A stretch of 64,000 nucleotides of DNA from Botryllus schlosseri (Eukaryota): contig CM119373.1 in assembly GCA_051294905.1 (NCBI GenBank), forward strand, positions 1,366,001 through 1,430,000, written 5' to 3'. The notes below the pieces were generated by a model. The model ran no database searches. It was not told the DNA's origin and worked only from the letters and a program-made list of their open reading frames with translations. Position numbers and translations under genes: made by a program. Position 1 is the stretch's first letter; every line of letters starts with the position of its first letter. Positions 53,290-64,000 of this stretch are shown piece after piece.

Positions 53290-54638
53290 TCACAGTTCGT
53301 TTTCTGTCGGCCATTTGAAACCGACATACAGTCCATCATCACTAGGGTACTTCTGTCTTATAGCAGTGACGATGCAGGCTGGCAAGGGCATCCGGTTTTT
53401 GCTACCCAGAACTTCGCCATCCATAATCCATTCCAGTATGTGACGATAAGACACCAAGCGATATTGTCTGCAATTGGAAAATCTGAAAGTATACTGCAGC
53501 GATAAAAAATGCTGAAATCTAATAGCAGCATAGAGATGACCGAGAATATGATGCTCTCAAATTAAAAAGTGTAGGCATTTTATGGAAAGTATTCGATAAT
53601 AGGTTAAGAATGCAGGAAACTGTAGTCATCTCCAACAACCATGTCACGTCACATATATATAGGTCCAATACTATACACAATACAAAATGTACTAGGACAG
53701 AGGCCTCAACCCAGCGAGATAGTGTAATGGTTATGCTTCTGGCTTCTCGAGCGGTAGGTTGTGGGTTCGATCCCCGGCCGGGTCATACCAAAGACTCGAA
53801 AATTGGTATCCGCAGCTATCCTGCTAGGCGCTCAGCAATCACGAATAGCATGGAGGAGAAAAAAAAACGGGGCCGCAGACTACATTGACCTCATGGGGCC
53901 GTATCGCAACTCCGTCGTCAAATCATCTTGATGGTGCAGGCGAAAAAGAATATCACATCCCTCTCTCTCTCTTAAACACGCGGCCTGCACGCCGCATGCT
54001 GCCCTTGAGACCATTTTGTACGGCCCGCGACAGCATTTTGGATTTGGAAGTATTCGTCAATATTTAACTACCAGCAAAAAGTAGGAAATTGGCCGACGAG
54101 CACATTTGAATTTGAGACATCTGTTCTAGGACCTACTTGTTAGAAAGTCTTCTGCCAGGACCGTGCGGTTGATTGTTGTTATTCCAGTTTTTTCTGTTCA
54201 CTTTGAAAAATGTTTCAAGAATGGAGGGTTGTATATGTAGGATAAAATCGTCATGTTCTGTTATGCAAGGCGACCCTCCATTCCCCAGCAGCTCCATTAT
54301 TTGTTGTATTTCCCTGCAGCAAACACACTCATTCTCGTTTGGCATGCGTGGACATTTCAAGCAGCTGCATCATTCATTGTCAAGTGTCCGAAGTTGACTC
54401 TGGTTTTCTGACGATTCCTTTGACCAATACAAATACATTGATAAATTGCATTTAAGAAACACAGTGCAATACTTACAGAGACATGAGTTTGTGCTTCTTG
54501 AGTTGCAACGAGACGGGCGAATTCCTCCTCTAAATATTGTGGTTCGAATTGATACGGCAGGCTCTCATCAAATATCGTGATATCTTCTACATCTGTGTCT
54601 TCATCAGAAGTTAATTCATCACACAGATCTTCTTCCAT
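53290..54638 (-). pseudogene. KolX / P2X7 C-terminal 'ballast'-like Cys-rich protein, 3 exons (54638-54477, 54417-54137, 53467-53290), one premature stop
   Basis: PYQFEP, *CSCLKC..M..ECVCCRE, CITEHDDF, YRLVSYR..W..LG..NRMPLPACIV..IRQKYP..G.YVGF. GT-AG introns are phase-compatible. TGA at 54372-54370 stands where a Trp is expected. Confidence 0.8.
53711..53866 (+). mobile_element. tRNA-derived SINE, family B (Meta-SINE-like central domain)
   Basis: A box TAGTGTAATGG and B box GGTTCGATCCC, then GGGTCATACCAAAGACT..AAATTGGTA..CTGCTAGGCGCTCAGCA, which I recall as resembling MetaSINE cores. Confidence 0.6.
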
Positions 54639-56168
54639 ACCAGTAATAATTTTAACAAATTATATATTATCTACGTGTCAAAGGAATTGCATAAATGAAC
54701 TGATGGAAACAAAAATTCATTTGTGAAACTGAGAACAACATGATACGATAAAAATATCACACAACAATATTTGTACAAGCCTGTCTGCATCCGTTCTCGA
54801 CTTGCAAGTTGCAACTCAACGGCGCTTCTTCGAAGTACGATCCAAAACAAGCCAATGTCAATCGTGCAACCAATGCTTTCCATGAACACGATAGACAGGT
54901 TGTGTAGAGCAAAACGGAGATGAATACGGCCGTTATAGGACTGCATTCAAGTACAATTTTGTAAACATAGCTATTTTATTACAATATCCAATCACTACAT
55001 GGCCGGTTTCAACTGATAACGCCACAAAAGCTATGAACCGGTGACATGGTCGACATTGCAGATCCAGTAGTAAGGAGAATTGCCTCGTGGACCTTTAGGG
55101 GCTCCGAGGGAAAGGAAGACACACTACACTTTCATTTGAAATTAGCCGAACGAAGTTTCCAGACAATTTTTCAACTATGAACAACCCTTCTGTGCAATCA
55201 GTAATACGCTGTAAAATCACTGCTTAAAATTTACAGCTGTATGAATAGCTTTGCATCAATATATAACTGCAAAGGCATCTCAATTGTCAGCATCAGTCAT
55301 CTGGCAAATATTATAGAGTCATAACAAGCTTCAGACACAAATCCTCCTGACTTAACATTGTACGCTGGTTGAGCGCCGGTACCATACGCATATACGTAAC
55401 GTAACTAAACCGCCCTGGCGTGAGACATAATTCCTCCATAATATCGGCTGACAACTGTCTGAAGTTCGTTCTCTAAGTGACTGCCTTATCGGGTCGAGCA
55501 AGTGCGACAATGAAGATAACAAGCAATAAATTTTGTCAACGGGTTAAGAAACGATGACGCACAGCCGCGACCGCTGGAGCGTTCTGGTCCTGTGGAAATT
55601 TCATTAAATTGAACCTCCTTTACGTTGGCGTTCTAAAGAAAATGGTTGCGGCCAAAATGTTTCTTTATTTTTTTTCTTCAATTTAAGACCACATCATTTT
55701 TAGAGCGCAGTGCCCCTTTAAAGCCAAAAATTCAAAGTAACTTAACTTTAATGGCGTTACATAAACCAGCTAAGAACTCTGCTGATATCCGAAATATAAT
55801 TTTATTACCAGTAAAAATCTAACCAGACACGGAAAAAAAATCCGTGAATTGCCCGTGTGGTGAATTCTCCCTGTCGGTTGTCCAGTCTTTCACATTTAGT
55901 TAACTGATTACCTATCTTCCCTACTATATTGTGTCGCTGCTAAATTGTCCTTTCTTGCTACATTAGTTGCTGTCATACTGTTGTGCTTCGTAGTATAGGC
56001 TATTGCACTTTTCAGCTTACTAATGCATCAGATACTTTGTGTAATAAAGGTCATAGGTCTTAAGCAGAACAAGCAGAAAAAACTGATTGTGTGCCATAAA
56101 AAATAAATTCATCGTTTCCGAGCGATGTTGTCGGGTTTGTGCATTAAAGGACTGAAATCATTTTCCAG

Positions 56169-57298
56169 AGCAGGGATTTGTAGCCAAGACCAAGCGTCAT
56201 CTGCAAAACGAGATGGGTGAAAATCGCACCATCGCAGCTCGACCTACCATGATGGTCATCGACATCAAGGGTACAAGTGCTCAAGGACATGGTGACGAGA
56301 AGTCATTATTCGGCCGTGATCTGGAAGAAATCAGTCTCGATCAAATTCACGATCCACAGGATGAGAAACCTACCAATCATGTCACTATCCTTGGGGAAGC
56401 GGGTGCCGGGAAATCCACCCTGTCCAAAATGTACAGCTTGGCTGTTGCCGATGGCAACGTTAAGACACTCAAAGATATCCAACTCGTTCATTTCATTTCT
56501 GCCGCAACGCTCCAAACTCGCAGCCCCACGACCGCGTTCAATCTATTATTCACGGAACAAATGGCACACGACCCTCAGACTGAATTGAGTCCCAGTGAAC
56601 AAGAAGCTGGTGCAGAATGGTTAAAAAATAACTCGTCTAAAATATTAATAACTATCGACGGTTTGGATCAATGCCTAGAGGAATTCGGCAATGAAAAATA
56701 CCCTAGACTGACCGTGACCACTCTCGCAAAAGCTAATGATATCATCGCTAACATCATGTCCGGCAAAATATGGCGTGGTGCTAGGGTTCTCACCACATCG
56801 CGGTGGAACACCTATTGGAACATAAAAACTGATCAGAAACCTGACAAAGTAGTATGTTTGAGAGGACTAGACGACAAAAACTTGAAAGAAATCGCGGTCT
56901 CCCAATCCATTGATGGGGATTCGATGTTCGCTCAACTCAAAAATACTTCGCCCAAATTGCTAGGTTTGTGTCGAAATCCAATGTTTCTGAACTACACCAC
57001 AAAAATATTTCAAAACAATCGCAATACGTTACCCGATAGCCTTCCTGGTCTCATGTCAGCATTCTTTCGCGAATTTCTTGACTCATCATCCGAAAAATAC
57101 TACGGTCAAATTACAAGGCTAGGTTATGACGCAATGCGAGAAAATAAATTCGTTTTCCCACACAGCTATTTGAGCAGTCGCGGAATCGATCCGAAGCTTC
57201 TGGATGACTTCTTGTCTACCGGAGCTATTCTTGAGGGTGGTCGCGACAACGTGAAGTCGTTCGACAAGTCCTCCGAGTTCTCTCACCAGACGATGCAG
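56169..57298 (+). CDS. NACHT NTPase exon of an NLR-like protein
   Basis: TTTTCCAG acceptor (phase 1); Walker A GEAGAGKST, Walker B ILITIDGLDQ, sensor-1 VLTTSR, LRGL, LCRNPMFL, winged-helix FSHQTMQ; GT donor at 57299. Confidence 0.93.
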
Positions 57299-57829
57299 GT
57301 TAGTGTTTATCTAATGCAGGGGTGTCCAACCGTCTTGCTACTCACTGGCACATGCCGATTACTTCGATGAAGTAGGGCCACATTCCCGTGGACAGTCGTA
57401 ATTTACCACCGGAACGCCAAATATATCCATCCATTATTATTGGCTACAGGAAGATTTGGCACCACCTACAGTTCTCGTGGTTTATTTACCATCACCGTTT
57501 CTTTGTTATATACTTTGCACATGAAATTTTCCAATTGTAGAAACAGAACGCCCCATCCGATAAACAGAGAGGCCCTTTTGGGCGGCACAACAGACACCCA
57601 CGTCCAGTTTTGGCATGGTAATTTGTCAGCATTATCATCAGTCTTCTAGATCGATTTTGCGAGGTTGCGTTTCGGATAATACAAACTTCAGAGAATTCTT
57701 TACGTTTTCATCGGGTATCAAAACGGGCACATTTAGAATAAAGTACAACAACAAATTCACGACTAAACTTGGAAATAAATTTAACTATCCAACCACAAAG
57801 TTTTGGACAATCACACTAAGAAATAATGT

Positions 57830-58108
57830 GGCGAGATAGCGCAGTGGTATCATCCGCGGCTGCAACACCAATGGGTGCGGGTTCGACTCCGACCGAGGTC
57901 GACTTCCGTATTCCGATACCTAAGTGTTGGAGGTTTACCTAGGCTCCTCCTCGCCACCTCATCCGCGTCAGCGGTGTCTTACAAAAAGCCTAGAGGTGGG
58001 CCGTGCTATAAGTCGACAGTTACGGAAAATATGAAGAATATCGGCCTGGTGTAAATGACCATAGTATTCGTAAAACACCATGAATATCCCAAAAACAAGC
58101 AAACAAAC
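57830..58108 (+). mobile_element. Full-length tRNA-derived SINE (family A)
   Basis: A box TAGCGCAGTGG, B box GGTTCGACTCC, (CAAA)n tail, flanking direct repeat ACACTAAGAAATA. Confidence 0.88.
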
Positions 58109-61100
58109 ACTAAGAAATATATAACTAAAAGCCCGTAGTTTAACCATCCACACTTACGGCGATGGTGGTGACCTACAATTAAACCGTAGTTCGTCAGCAC
58201 CCAAGCCCCACAAAAACTTTGGGTTCGGGCCTCCATAGGGGATCACCAGAACTTTTTGTGTCGAAGCAGCCCAGTTATCTACAACAGGTCATTTCAACAG
58301 TTACTTTAGTGCAGTGGTTCTTAACCTTGCCCCCAGCGCCCCCCAGGGGGCGCTGGCGATTTTGAAGGGGGCGGAAGCGCTCAGGGGGCGATATGGGGGG
58401 CGCTGGGCTCAGGGGGGCGCTGGAGAAAAATGGCTTCGCAGTAGATGATGTGGTGATAGGACATATCCTTGATGAGTATTCAGAGCAAACTAACACCGAA
58501 AATATAGCCTTCAAAATACATATAGGTTTAATTGTCCATGGGCGCCTAGATGACTGACACCGAATGTTCCTGTCTTGGCAATCTGAACCCAAGAAGACGA
58601 ATTCCATCTGGCAGGGAAAAATTATATGTCAGTGAAGAAATACCAATCTGAAATCGTGTGCGTCTTTTAGTTTAGTACGATTGGGCGACAGGGATATTCC
58701 TGTTGGGCGATATCCCCGTTGAGCGATTCTATATTTTTTGATATTGCAGACAGGGGGTCACAAAATAACATCATGCAACGAAGTCATACCAACGGGTTCG
58801 CCCGCCCGAATATGTTTAATTATTAGTAACGGGCCTTACAGTTTCCAAGAAACCTCAGAATGTTCGCTTCAAGTTTTGATGAGTCTGCGCACACTCCACA
58901 ACTCACTGCGCTGAACCTTGGACAACAGTGTGTAACGACTAAAAAAAGGTAATAACTTCGTATTTGTTGTGCGCAACGTAGATTTTCTGTGCGCAGAGAC
59001 CGTGTTAGCACTGCGCACGTGCGCAGCTTAGAGGGAACATTGCACCTCACGCAGCTCTACCGGTAAATGTGTTTACGTGAGCAGAGAGAGGATAAAAATT
59101 GATTGCAATTCCCGATGATATTGACCAATTTAATCATTAATTAGTGAAATTTTTCGCGCTTCGCGAGACTAGGCGAGAATAGCTGCCGCAGTAAATGGAC
59201 ACCCAATGTAGATACCTAATAGGCTATCAGCAAATAGCGGACAGCCTAATGGGGGTCTGGTAGGGAAGTTCCCCGGAAGTTTGGTTTATCACCCTCTGGG
59301 GGCCCTGGACCAACGTTTTTTGTTTGGAGGGGGGCTGACCAAGTGCTGTTACGGCCCTGGTAACGAATAATTGTACCTGCGGGCACGCCGAATATGTTTA
59401 ATTATTAATTACGTGCCCTTTATTTTCCTATACAACAGCTCACTCAGTGCTACTGGTAAATATGATTACGTGGGCTGAGAGGATAAAAAGTTTATAGCGT
59501 CTTATTTATGTAATTACCACCTATTCATTCATGCATTATAGAAAATTTTGGTACCTAGGGCGACCAGGCCACACAAACTTTGCTGACCATCAAAATCACG
59601 ATATGGGATTCCTGGGGGTGAAGCCCTCAGAGTTTCAGTTTATCACGCTATGGGTGCGCAAGGCAATCGTTTTAGGGGGGTTGACGAAGTGCTGTTACGA
59701 CCCTCCCTCATACTCAAAAAGATTTCCTCTATAACCTACAAATTTCTCATTAGTGTGTGTTGTCTCGTACGTGTACTGTATAACTGTTTATTTATGAATT
59801 GCGTTGCTACTATAGTACCGTATGTCCGTATACTTCATAGTTTGTTATTGTTGCCATTGGTACAATGCGAATTTCATGGTCTGTGATTTTGATTGTTGCG
59901 TCATACTTTGCCTTTTTGGTTTTGCTTTTAAATCTGTTTAAATCCCTTAGTGCAGTGGTTCTCAACCTTTTTCACCTCGCGGACCGGTAAAATTTCGAAA
60001 CATATTAGACGGACCGGTGAACCTTAAAAAATTGAGATCAACCCCAAATGTAATGTATCCAGTCGTTTTTCTGCAAGTATGGTAGTAGAGCAGGGGTGGC
60101 CAACCTTTTTGCTATTCAGGGCCGCATTTCGATTACTTATACGGCCCACGGCCACATTCCAGGACATAGTCGCAATGAAACAACTGGACACCATACCCCT
60201 GTTAAACTGTGCAGTGTGCATGTCCAAGTCCATGCCCATTTCTGATGAACTCCGGACTAATCTACTTTTTTATATCGTCTTAATATAGTCATCGAAATCG
60301 CTACATCGTGGTAATATTATGAATAACAACTGGGATCGGTTCTGGGCGCACAATGCGCGAATTTTTTTCAGATTTACGACTGAATTTCGTCATTAATATT
60401 CGGATAGTTTCACATATTACTATAAAATATATTTATCCTTTCTCAACCAAAGTGATCAGATCCTTCGGTAGAGTTGAAGGAGGGAGTGTTTTCGAAAATT
60501 TAGAGCAAATGGATGCATCTTCGGGTGAACCAATTGTTAGTATAGACACTTTGGTCCGTGTTGGTGTTTGTTGGCCTCCCAACTGGATTGTCAGTATAGT
60601 GGAAATAGTGGAATCTCCCAAATGTACCAGAAATCAATTTCTTTCGTCAGGAGCGCACGATTTCAGATTGTTATATCTATATGGGGTGCATCATTTTCCT
60701 CCGCTGTTCCCATCTTTACTGTGGGGCTCAGATTGCAACGGGCGCTACGACTACTTCATCAAATAACTTTCAGTTGCGAGGAGAGTATAATTTCATTACC
60801 CGAAAAAATCGTATTTTGCTACTCGACTCGAATCATTAAAATAATTACTCGATTCAGATTCGAGTACTCGAATCATTCTGCCCAGCCCTAGTCATCTCAT
60901 CGCACTCGTTGTCGAAGGCGAATTTGTATTTGAAGTCGTAGTAGAAGCCGCCGCTAATTGGCGTTCGTATGCGTGTATTGTTCATATCAATTCTTTGTAG
61001 TCGTAACTTTATCGTTTATTATGGTTGGTGGATAATTTGGGTGGGTATTGGTGGGGGAGTGATAGAGGCTGGGAAGGGTTGGGATTATGAGATGGGACGG

Positions 61101-61971
61101 GAGGTTAGGATGCTTGGGATAGGTTGTGGGGGAAATGGTTGGGTTATGTGGGTCGATAAATACAATTTATCATGCACTATCGGATAGCTTTCATCATTGT
61201 CGGAGCTTGCGATCCGTCGTATACATTGCGCATGAATTCGTCGAGTTTAGCGTCGATAGCCATTTGCAGGTCTGTATATATTGTTCCAGATCTTGTATTC
61301 GATTTGATAATTCACTTACATTAATCAACGTTAGTTTCCTGGCTTAAGCAGGGACCCTTTATGAAGTTATTACTGTATAGGTCACACTTTACAAAACATT
61401 TGTGTTTACCTTTCGGCATTGTTTGTCAACCCCGTTATATCTAGATATGCAAAAATAATTCTTGGATATGGCGAACAAAAACACGTGCGTTTCAAATAAT
61501 TCAAACGAACGTATTCAACAACAACAACAACAGCAAGATGTTATCGAGCGTTGCCAATGTAAAATAACATGACGTCATATCAAAGTTTTATCAGGTTATT
61601 CTTTATCACATTCTGTTAATCCAAGGACGAACCTTACGCATCGCTATTTATATACAACATTATCAGGGTATTGATTCAGTTATCATTGAGAATTTTTTTA
61701 ATATTCAACGTACCTAAATTTTCATTTTGGTGCAAATTAATTCAGCTTTAATGTATGTTTAAATACAAAGGAGTACTGAAAAACTGTATATCCAATTTCT
61801 TTGAATGGATCGCGGCACAATCGTTACGCGAGAACCGTTCCAAGAAAGCTTAGTGTAACTATCCCCGTGTGGACACTCTAACTATGACGCGAGGAAAAGA
61901 ATTGAAATCAAATATCCTTTTCATGCACAATGTATCGATGAATTTTTAACATGGTCAATTTACATATTAAG

Positions 61972-62134
61972 GAGTTTTGCTGCGCGTTGCACGTCCCGAA
62001 CCTGACGAAAGAAGAAGTGAGGGAATTTGTCGCAACTCAACTGAGCGACAGTAGAATGGAAATGACAAGACAGCTTCTGTACGGGTTGATTTTGGATGAC
62101 AAAGTTACGAAACCCATGACTAATTACCTTGCAG
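61972..62134 (+). CDS. NLR exon following the NACHT exon (HD2 region)
   Basis: Phase-0 join gives FSHQTMQ|EFCCALHV, the conserved NLR FxHxTxQEFxxA motif; then QLLYGL; GTATGT donor at 62135. Confidence 0.85.
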
Positions 62135-62584
62135 GTATGTGTATTAGGGATGGTGTGAACGTGAGGTCCACGTTCGCGTTCTTAGTGTGAACCTCAGAAA
62201 TTTAGAGGATCGCGTTCACAATCGAACCTTGGCACGCTCTGCACTCTGAACCTTATTCATATATTGCAATTTTCATTTTTGCATGGTTACTATAATTAAA
62301 GGTCGGCGCGTCTGCCCAGACTTCCTCGCGGCCAACTTCGTTCAACATCGTCGCGATATCGCGAACCCAAGAATAAAGGCGGAATGCCCCCAGGTTTAGA
62401 ACAACTATCTTTGAATAAGGCATCCAATCGGCCTAAACCGACTCTATGGATATACCGTTATCTTTTAATTGCGATTATAATTAGACTGATTTTGGTAAAT
62501 GAATGTTTTAATTGTTTATTTTTAATCGCAGTTTCCGCGCGGTTGGTAGTTCCCATATTAAAACCAATATAATAATAATAATAA

Positions 62585-63283
62585 TTGGTACGATTACAGC
62601 CCAGCACCAGTGACAGAAAACGAACAAGTAAAAATTCTGTGGGATGTACCAGTTATAACTGACCGCGAAATCAGGAGCAACCGCCCGGATATAATCGTCA
62701 AACTAAAAAAGAAAAGAGAATGCTTATTCATTGAACTGGCTGTCCCAGCTGATCACAACCTACTGCAAAAAGAATCAGAAAAACACTCCAAATACGCAGA
62801 CCTCAAAATGGAATGTGAGAAAATGTGGCGATGCAAAATAAACATTGTACCGATAGTCATTGGTGCTACAGGGGTCGTGAGCAAAAAACTCATGAGGCAT
62901 ATCCAACAAATTCCGGGTAACGTTCGATTCGACATGATCCAGAAGATCACATTATTGGGCACTGTGCACATTCTTCGGAAGGCCTTGAATGCACCACTGG
63001 ACTAAAATTACAGTTGTGAATCACAGCATAATTTCTGTAATTTCGATTCTTCATCTTCAATCATCTCTACCTCTGCTCTGTAACCCTTGCCAATTCTTCA
63101 TCTGCTGCAATTCTGTAATCTGACCTCTCCGTGTATTGCATAGGAATAACAATTTGAATGTATTACTGAAATTTTAAAAATTTACTCCAATCTCGCCATT
63201 TTCCTTTGGGGGCAGGTTGCTCCCCGGATTATGTGTGTATCTACCAGTTTTACTGTGAATAAAGAATATAATAATAATAATAA
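62585..63283 (+). mobile_element. 5'-truncated R4/Dong-like RLE non-LTR retrotransposon in (TAA)n
   Basis: Restriction-like endonuclease KILWD..NRPDIIV..IELAVP..KY..IVPIVIGATG (62610-63005), 3' UTR, and (TAA)n on both sides. Confidence 0.85.
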
Positions 63284-64000
63284 TCCCCAGAAAAAAAGGT
63301 GGTCGAGGACTACAAGAAATTGAACAAACTTTCAAAACAGAAATCATCGGCTTGTCACAGTACATCAACAACAGCGAAAACATTTACTGCATACTCATTG
63401 CACAGGAAGACAAACAGCGCAAAACAAAATCTCTGAGCTATCGTCACGACAAGTACGTCAGAGAAGTCAACATGGAAACAGCTAATCTGTACACTGCTGA
63501 AAACACTGTTGCCAAACCCACAACAATAGCAAAAGCAGCACGAGTTCAGTACAAAAATGCAATGCTCAAAATGAGAGAAACGATATGGGAATCGATGCCT
63601 CTTCATGGACAGCACAAGAAGTTAACTTCACAGCCCCATGTAGACGAGCTTTCATGGACCTGGCTATCCAGCTCAGGCCTGAAACCGGCAAGCGAAGGAT
63701 TCATTTTCGCAGCACAAGACCAATCGCTTCCTACAAAATACTATCGCAAAAGAATTCTGAAGCAAAACACGGACGGCAAATGCAGAATGTGCCACAACCA
63801 AAATGAAACTGTAGCACATCTCATGTCCGGCTGTGGTGCACTTGCAGCTACCGAATACACATTGAGACACAATAGGATTGGTCACTACATTCATCTTGAA
63901 TTATGCAAACATTTTAACATCACCACTTCGACAAAAAATTGGTACGATTACAGCCCAGCACCAGTGACAGAAAACGAACAAGTAAAAATTCTGTGGGATG
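63284..64000 (+). mobile_element. Second, longer R4/Dong-like copy (runs off the window)
   Basis: Stop-free frame PRKKGGRGL..PLHGQ..AAQDQ..CRMC..ETVAHLMSGC..RHN..KILWD; its last ~60 bp are identical to the start of the upstream copy. Confidence 0.88.

Larger units (their letters stand above)
52079..55717. mobile_element. Non-autonomous Kolobok DNA transposon (3.6 kb)
   Basis: TTAA on both sides (52075-52078, 55718-55721); ~76-bp TIRs starting AGGGGCACTGCGCTCTAAAAATG with one visible mismatch; convergent transposase remnant and KolX-like gene. Confidence 0.9.

Noticed and set aside
54370..54372. In-frame TGA in a Cys-rich protein read as selenocysteine
   Set aside because: The position corresponds to the Trp of the WCxC motif, so a single TGG>TGA change explains it. 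I recognised no SECIS.
57299..57370. C-terminal tail of the 385-aa NACHT ORF (VSVYLMQGCP...)
   Set aside because: This is intron read-through into a MITE end. The splice at 57298 restores the conserved motif with exon 61972.
57830..57905. tRNA gene (also 53711-53785 and the minus-strand copies)
   Set aside because: The A/B boxes are SINE heads followed by a conserved body and tail; I could not fold a full cloverleaf.
60900..61330. Possible LINE 3' end on the minus strand with a purine-rich tract
   Set aside because: The resemblance is too weak to assign a family, and there is no clear tail or TSD.
1..64000. Remaining 60-140-aa ORFs in the track
   Set aside because: They have no recognisable motifs, overlap repeats or lie antisense to TE ORFs, and are expected by chance with alternative start codons.

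Overview
This is AT-rich, intron-containing eukaryotic DNA from an invertebrate animal (possibly an ascidian or other deuterostome; this is inference only). It is dominated by transposable elements. The only host gene I can support is a large + strand NLR-type NACHT NTPase gene running from about 32740 to beyond 62134. It has a chain of small phase-1 exons, a 1.13-kb NACHT exon (56169-57298) and a following exon (61972-62134); its 3' end lies outside the window. Mobile content: many hAT MITEs with 8-bp target-site duplications (TSDs), one of which has inserted into itself in inverted orientation to give a ~1-kb near-perfect palindrome; a non-autonomous Kolobok (TTAA) that keeps a 3-exon KolX/P2X7-ballast-like gene; Penelope-like remnants with minimal hammerhead ribozymes; a scrambled Mag-type Ty3/Gypsy; a decayed eukaryotic tyrosine-recombinase gene; Harbinger and CR1/L2-group fragments; two tRNA-derived SINE families; and tandem R4/Dong-like retrotransposons in (TAA)n. 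Most ORFs in the supplied track are spurious. All calls were made by eye from motifs, TIR/TSD matches and splice-phase logic; no searches were run.
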